A stretch of DNA of 40,024 bases from the NCBI GenBank assembly GCA_048939765.1, contig JBHLPF010000023.1:19235-59258 (forward strand). Reading direction: 5' to 3'. Below, one piece after another: positions 36,210 through 40,024 of the stretch. Below the pieces are notes generated by a model that was given only the letters and a program-made list of their open reading frames with translations, was not told the origin of the DNA and did no database searches. The stretch comes from Promethearchaeota archaeon. GTDB lineage: Archaea; Asgardarchaeota; Thorarchaeia; Thorarchaeales; Thorarchaeaceae. Made by a program: the position numbers and the translations under genes. Within the stretch, counting starts at the first letter, position 1. Each line of letters begins with the position of its first letter.

Positions 36210-37745
36210 ATGATGGAGGATCATCGAGTGAGTAACTACAACAAGGTCACCGATGAAGTGGTCAAGAAGCTCGTAGCAATATGTGGCGATGAATACGTCA
36301 CGACGAGCGAACCGCTTCGTCACAGCTATATGGCCAAGGGAATCATGGGTCTAGAAGCCGTGGTACCCGAGGTCGTTGTCCGACCTGCAAACCCGGAAGA
36401 GGTTTCAAAGGTACTCGTGGTGGCAAACGAGAACCTTAGTCCTGTTACGCCTGCTGCAGGAGGACTCAGTGGAGGATTTGCATTGCCTGCGATCGAGCCA
36501 GGCGGAATTCTAATGGACATGACTAGGATGGACAAGATGGAGGTTGACACCGAGAACCGAGTCATGATTGTGGAGCCAGGCGTCAAGTCGGGCGATGCGT
36601 GGAGGATTTTCAAGACCAATTATCCTGACTGGGCGCCACCCATTCCGGATGGTGCTCCACCAGCAGCAACTGTATTGGGAGATGCCATTGAGAGAGGTTT
36701 CTCGCTTGTGACCGGAGTATACGGTCCACAGGCAGACATGATCATGGGGATGGAGATTGTCCTGCCTACTGGTGAGATATTCCACACTGGCTCATGGGCG
36801 CTCCCTGGTGCGAAGCCATTCTATCGCTGGGGCGTAGGTCCAAACCCAGATGGACTTTTCCTGGGGTCTCAAGGATCGATGGGTATCATAACGAAGTGCG
36901 CAATTAAGATGGTGCCTCATCCTCATTACAAGACGGTCGTCGCCTACGGAGGAGAAACCTGGGACGACGTCGTCAGACCCGCGTGGGAGATATCCAAGCA
37001 TGAAATGGGAGTTGGTGAGCGCACGGTTATGGTACAAGGCGGGAATTATGAATTGGTCATGACTCGTTGGCCGAAGACCAATGTGCCAACGGAATATGAT
37101 TTCTACAAGAGCATTGGAATCGATAGGAAGTGGATGAACTATGAGTGCTGGGCATGGAGCAAGGAGGAACTCGATTTCACGCTGAAGAAGATTGATGAGG
37201 TCTATAAGGACTACGAGGTGAAGAACTCGAGAAAGACTCCTAAGCAGGACCTGCACCCAAAGCAGGTAGCTTCAAGGCTCAAGAAGCCCAACAAGATTGC
37301 CATTCCGTACTCGCTCTGGCAAGCCGGATTCCTGTTCATCACGTGGTACTGTCCATGGCTAGAGAGCAGCAAGATGATGGATGAATACTGCGCAGCTATG
37401 GAGAACTACGGCTTTCCACCGACTATGTGGGTTGCATCCATTGACCACGCTCGACAGGCAATTGTCATGCCTATCCTTTGCTTCGACATCACGGAGGACG
37501 GCATTATGGACAAGATTCGAGAGTTCAACCTAGAAACAACGAGGAGTTTCCTGAAGCAGGGATGGCTCAATTATCGTCCTGATCCATTCGTCCATGCTCC
37601 ACAGACCTTCAGCAAAACGAAGCAATACTACAAGATGCTGGTGAGGTTTAGGAAAGTCCTGGACCCGAATCTAATCCTGCATCCAGGGCGGTTGGCAATC
37701 CCATGGGAATCTGTAACCGACTTGCCAAATCCCTTTGAGGAGTGA
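36210..37745 (+). CDS. FAD-linked oxidoreductase (GlcD/VAO-PCMH family)
   Basis: VVVRP-x4-EV, P-x2-GG-x-SGG, VEPGV, GMEIVLPTGE, FLGSQGSMGIITK and LDPNLILHPG. Confidence 0.92.
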   Translation: MMEDHRVSNYNKVTDEVVKKLVAICGDEYVTTSEPLRHSYMAKGIMGLEAVVPEVVVRPANPEEVSKVLVVANENLSPVTPAAGGLSGGFALPAIEPGGILMDMTRMDKMEVDTENRVMIVEPGVKSGDAWRIFKTNYPDWAPPIPDGAPPAATVLGDAIERGFSLVTGVYGPQADMIMGMEIVLPTGEIFHTGSWALPGAKPFYRWGVGPNPDGLFLGSQGSMGIITKCAIKMVPHPHYKTVVAYGGETWDDVVRPAWEISKHEMGVGERTVMVQGGNYELVMTRWPKTNVPTEYDFYKSIGIDRKWMNYECWAWSKEELDFTLKKIDEVYKDYEVKNSRKTPKQDLHPKQVASRLKKPNKIAIPYSLWQAGFLFITWYCPWLESSKMMDEYCAAMENYGFPPTMWVASIDHARQAIVMPILCFDITEDGIMDKIREFNLETTRSFLKQGWLNYRPDPFVHAPQTFSKTKQYYKMLVRFRKVLDPNLILHPGRLAIPWESVTDLPNPFEE

Positions 37746-37811
37746 AATCTGGGGGGCGAAAAAAGTTACGCAACGTAACACCTTTAATGTAAGGAGAAAC
37801 AGAGGAGGAAG

Positions 37812-39128
37812 ATGGACATGGTAACGCTAGAAGAACTTCGCAAGATTAACGCAAGATGTATTCACTGTCGAGCCTGTCAGTATGCATACAGCGGCGAGCC
37901 TGACAAAGAGGGTGAAACCGAGGAATACACTGGAATGCTCCAAGGATGTCCTGCAGGGATCTACTTCGGATGGGAGGGCTACTTCAACTCCGGTAAGCAA
38001 TGGATGGCCCGGGCGTTTTTGAACGGCGAATTGCCAGCCAGCAAGGAACTACTCGAGGTAGCTGAGGCGTGCACGACTTGCGGCATGTGCGAAACGCAAT
38101 GCCCCAACTACATTGACACAGTCCACGTCACTGAAGCACTCAGGGCCGCGGTCATTGAGGCAGGCGTGGAACCACTGGACAAGCACAAGATCTTCGGTGA
38201 GAGGGTTGCTAATGAGGAGATGAAGAACCCCTACAAGGAACCATTCGAGGAGCGAACCAAGTGGTTTAGTGGAGAGGTGGATAGGAAGGATGCCAAGGTT
38301 GCTTATTTTGTTGGATGCACAGGAGCATACAGGCAGCAGCATGTGGCAGATCATACAGCTTCCATCTTGAAGAAACTGGGTGTTGATTTCACAGTCCTTT
38401 CAGATGAAGTCTGCTGCGGGTCCCCAATTCTTAGGACAGGTCAGAGAGACGTCTTTAGGGAGGTCATGGAAAGAAACTTGGAACTCTTCAAGGACTTTGA
38501 CCTATTGGTGTTCTCTTGCGCGGGATGCTACAAAACCATTCGCAATGACTATCCGAATATGAGCGGAAAACCTCTGCCCTTCAAGGTGAAACATACTGTT
38601 GATCTGGTCTATGAGTTGCTTCAGGAAGGCAAGCTCAAGATAGACAAGGAGTATGCTGAGAAAGTCACCTGGCATGATCCATGTCACAGCATTCGGCATG
38701 TTGGTCTAGCAATCAAGAAGGAGATTCTCGCAAACTCGGACAACTGGCTCATGGACGAGAGAGGTGCCAAGAAGGCTGAAGCAGACTATCATGAGGTGCC
38801 ACGCGAGGTTCTTCGAGCGATTCCCGGTCTCGAACTGCGAGAGATGTACCGTATTAAGGGAGATAGCTTCTGTTGCGGTGCTGGTGGGGGAGTCAAAGCT
38901 CAGTTCCCAGACATGGCTCTATCAACCGCAAAAGAGCGTTTGAAGGAGGCAGCCTCTACAGGAGCTGATGTGCTCATGACATCATGTCCTTTCTGCATAA
39001 CCAACTTCAATGACGGAATTAAATCATTGAAGCAGGAAGAGGAAGAAACCGGCAATGATCTCTCTCATGTAGGATCAAAGCTCAAAGTCGTTGAGCTTCT
39101 TGAGGTTCTTGACCAGCTAATTGAGTAG
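37812..39128 (+). CDS. Fe-S oxidoreductase (HdrD/GlcF/GlpC-like, 2 ferredoxin motifs plus 2 CCG domains)
   Basis: CIHCRAC...CP, CTTCGMCETQCP, YFVGC, CCGSP, CAGC, HDPCH, CCGAGGG and CPFC. Confidence 0.92.
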   Translation: MDMVTLEELRKINARCIHCRACQYAYSGEPDKEGETEEYTGMLQGCPAGIYFGWEGYFNSGKQWMARAFLNGELPASKELLEVAEACTTCGMCETQCPNYIDTVHVTEALRAAVIEAGVEPLDKHKIFGERVANEEMKNPYKEPFEERTKWFSGEVDRKDAKVAYFVGCTGAYRQQHVADHTASILKKLGVDFTVLSDEVCCGSPILRTGQRDVFREVMERNLELFKDFDLLVFSCAGCYKTIRNDYPNMSGKPLPFKVKHTVDLVYELLQEGKLKIDKEYAEKVTWHDPCHSIRHVGLAIKKEILANSDNWLMDERGAKKAEADYHEVPREVLRAIPGLELREMYRIKGDSFCCGAGGGVKAQFPDMALSTAKERLKEAASTGADVLMTSCPFCITNFNDGIKSLKQEEEETGNDLSHVGSKLKVVELLEVLDQLIE

Positions 39129-39136
39129 TATAACTT

Positions 39137-39158
39137 GAGAGCCCCTCTTGGGGTTCTC
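39137..39158. terminator. Hairpin between convergent genes
   Basis: GAGAGCCCC-TCTT-GGGGTTCTC, 9 nt after the 39128 stop. Confidence 0.5.
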
Positions 39159-39188
39159 TACTCAATGCATCCTCCATTAGCATATTTC

Positions 39189-40022
39189 CTATGCATTTCT
39201 AGGTCTAGTCTTCGCAACAACCAAGACAAGTACAACGCCAGCCACAGCAGTGACTCCAAGGATAAGAATTTGAGTCATATCAAGTGGAAGTCCAAAGGGA
39301 CCATTTGGCAGCTCTACAGTGACATGAATTGTGTCAGAAACTTGATTCCCTGCTGTATCATTGGCCAAGATTGTGAAATTGTAGATACCTTCTGTGTGCA
39401 AGCTAGCAGTCAATGTAATGGGCAAATCAGAGCCCCAGGTACCCGATTCAATCACTACACCATCTCGGTAGACTTCGTACATATTGGGATGCATATCTTG
39501 TAAAGTCCATTGAATATTCGCTACTGCCGGCAGCTCATTCTCAGATACGCTCAGTAGGAGATCTCCAGGAGAAATGATACTCGGACCTGTGTCGTCAGTT
39601 GTTATCATTAGGGTAAGGTTACCAGAGTTCCTTGCATAGTCTTCTGCTCTGACCATCAAAATGTGTTCTATATCATTCGGTATCAAATTCAACTCATAAG
39701 GCCTTTGCAGAACCGAAAAGCCGCTTCCATCCCAACTATATTGAACCTGCATTACTTCACTGAGATCATCAATAGGCACAATCTCGATTCTCTGACCCGA
39801 CTTGTAGACTGAATTATTCACTATGTTTTGAAAGTCGATTAGAGGCGCCTGTTCATCCAGCTGCCTATCAATCTTCAGAATGAATCCATCTCTGGAACCG
39901 AGCAGCTCATCTTGAAATGCTGATTTGGTGATGTAATCTGCGGATAATGTAGTACCTGCAGCGACACATCCATCATCATTGTCGATATGAATTCCACCTA
40001 GAATATCCGTTTCTTCAGCTAT
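39189..40022 (-). CDS. C-terminal part of an SBBP-repeat / Ig-like membrane-anchored surface protein; 5' end lies outside the window
   Basis: Frame is open to the window end. Upstream translation gives GTTLSADYITKSAFQDELLGSRDGFILKI (SBBP-type repeat), then Ig-like units (ANDTAGN) and a C-terminal TM plus KTRPR. Confidence 0.8.
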   Translation of the reverse strand: MAEETDILGGIHIDNDDGCVAAGTTLSADYITKSAFQDELLGSRDGFILKIDRQLDEQAPLIDFQNIVNNSVYKSGQRIEIVPIDDLSEVMQVQYSWDGSGFSVLQRPYELNLIPNDIEHILMVRAEDYARNSGNLTLMITTDDTGPSIISPGDLLLSVSENELPAVANIQWTLQDMHPNMYEVYRDGVVIESGTWGSDLPITLTASLHTEGIYNFTILANDTAGNQVSDTIHVTVELPNGPFGLPLDMTQILILGVTAVAGVVLVLVVAKTRPRNA

Positions 40023-40024
40023 GA

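Noticed and set aside
899-39503. Numerous antisense or nested ORFs in the six-frame track (e.g. 1264-1743, 8750-9337, 14068-14571, 33765-34199)
   Set aside because: Shadow ORFs of well-supported genes, without independent motifs.

Overview
Archaeal chromosomal window, most consistent with an Asgard archaeon of the Thorarchaeota type. This is an inference from the multi-PAS kinase with an 'LLGHDMRN' H-box, split methylmalonyl-CoA mutase, TTG/GTG starts with GAGGTG/GGTGA ribosome-binding sites, and NxS/T-rich surface proteins. Housekeeping content includes a propionyl-/methylmalonyl-CoA set (pccB-like, birA, mce, mutase large and B12 subunits, meaB), a two-subunit CoA-transferase, threonine aldolase, a GlcD-like FAD oxidase with a CCG/Fe-S partner, Acr3, CDF and TauE transporters, RNase HIII, SRAP, DUF72 and Nif3. 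Two features stand out. (1) An unannotated, almost fully base-paired ~320-nt putative ncRNA on the minus strand (about 5378 to 5053) has its own TATA-like box and U-tract, lacks recognisable SRP/RNase P motifs, and lies just upstream of a co-oriented HNH nuclease gene. (2) A ~2,500-aa surface protein carries two FG-GAP (integrin-alpha-like) propellers, ~12 Ig-like stalk repeats, a 7-TM N-out/C-in domain and an acidic cytoplasmic tail, an adhesion-receptor-like architecture. No tRNA, rRNA, CRISPR array, transposase or integrase was recognised.
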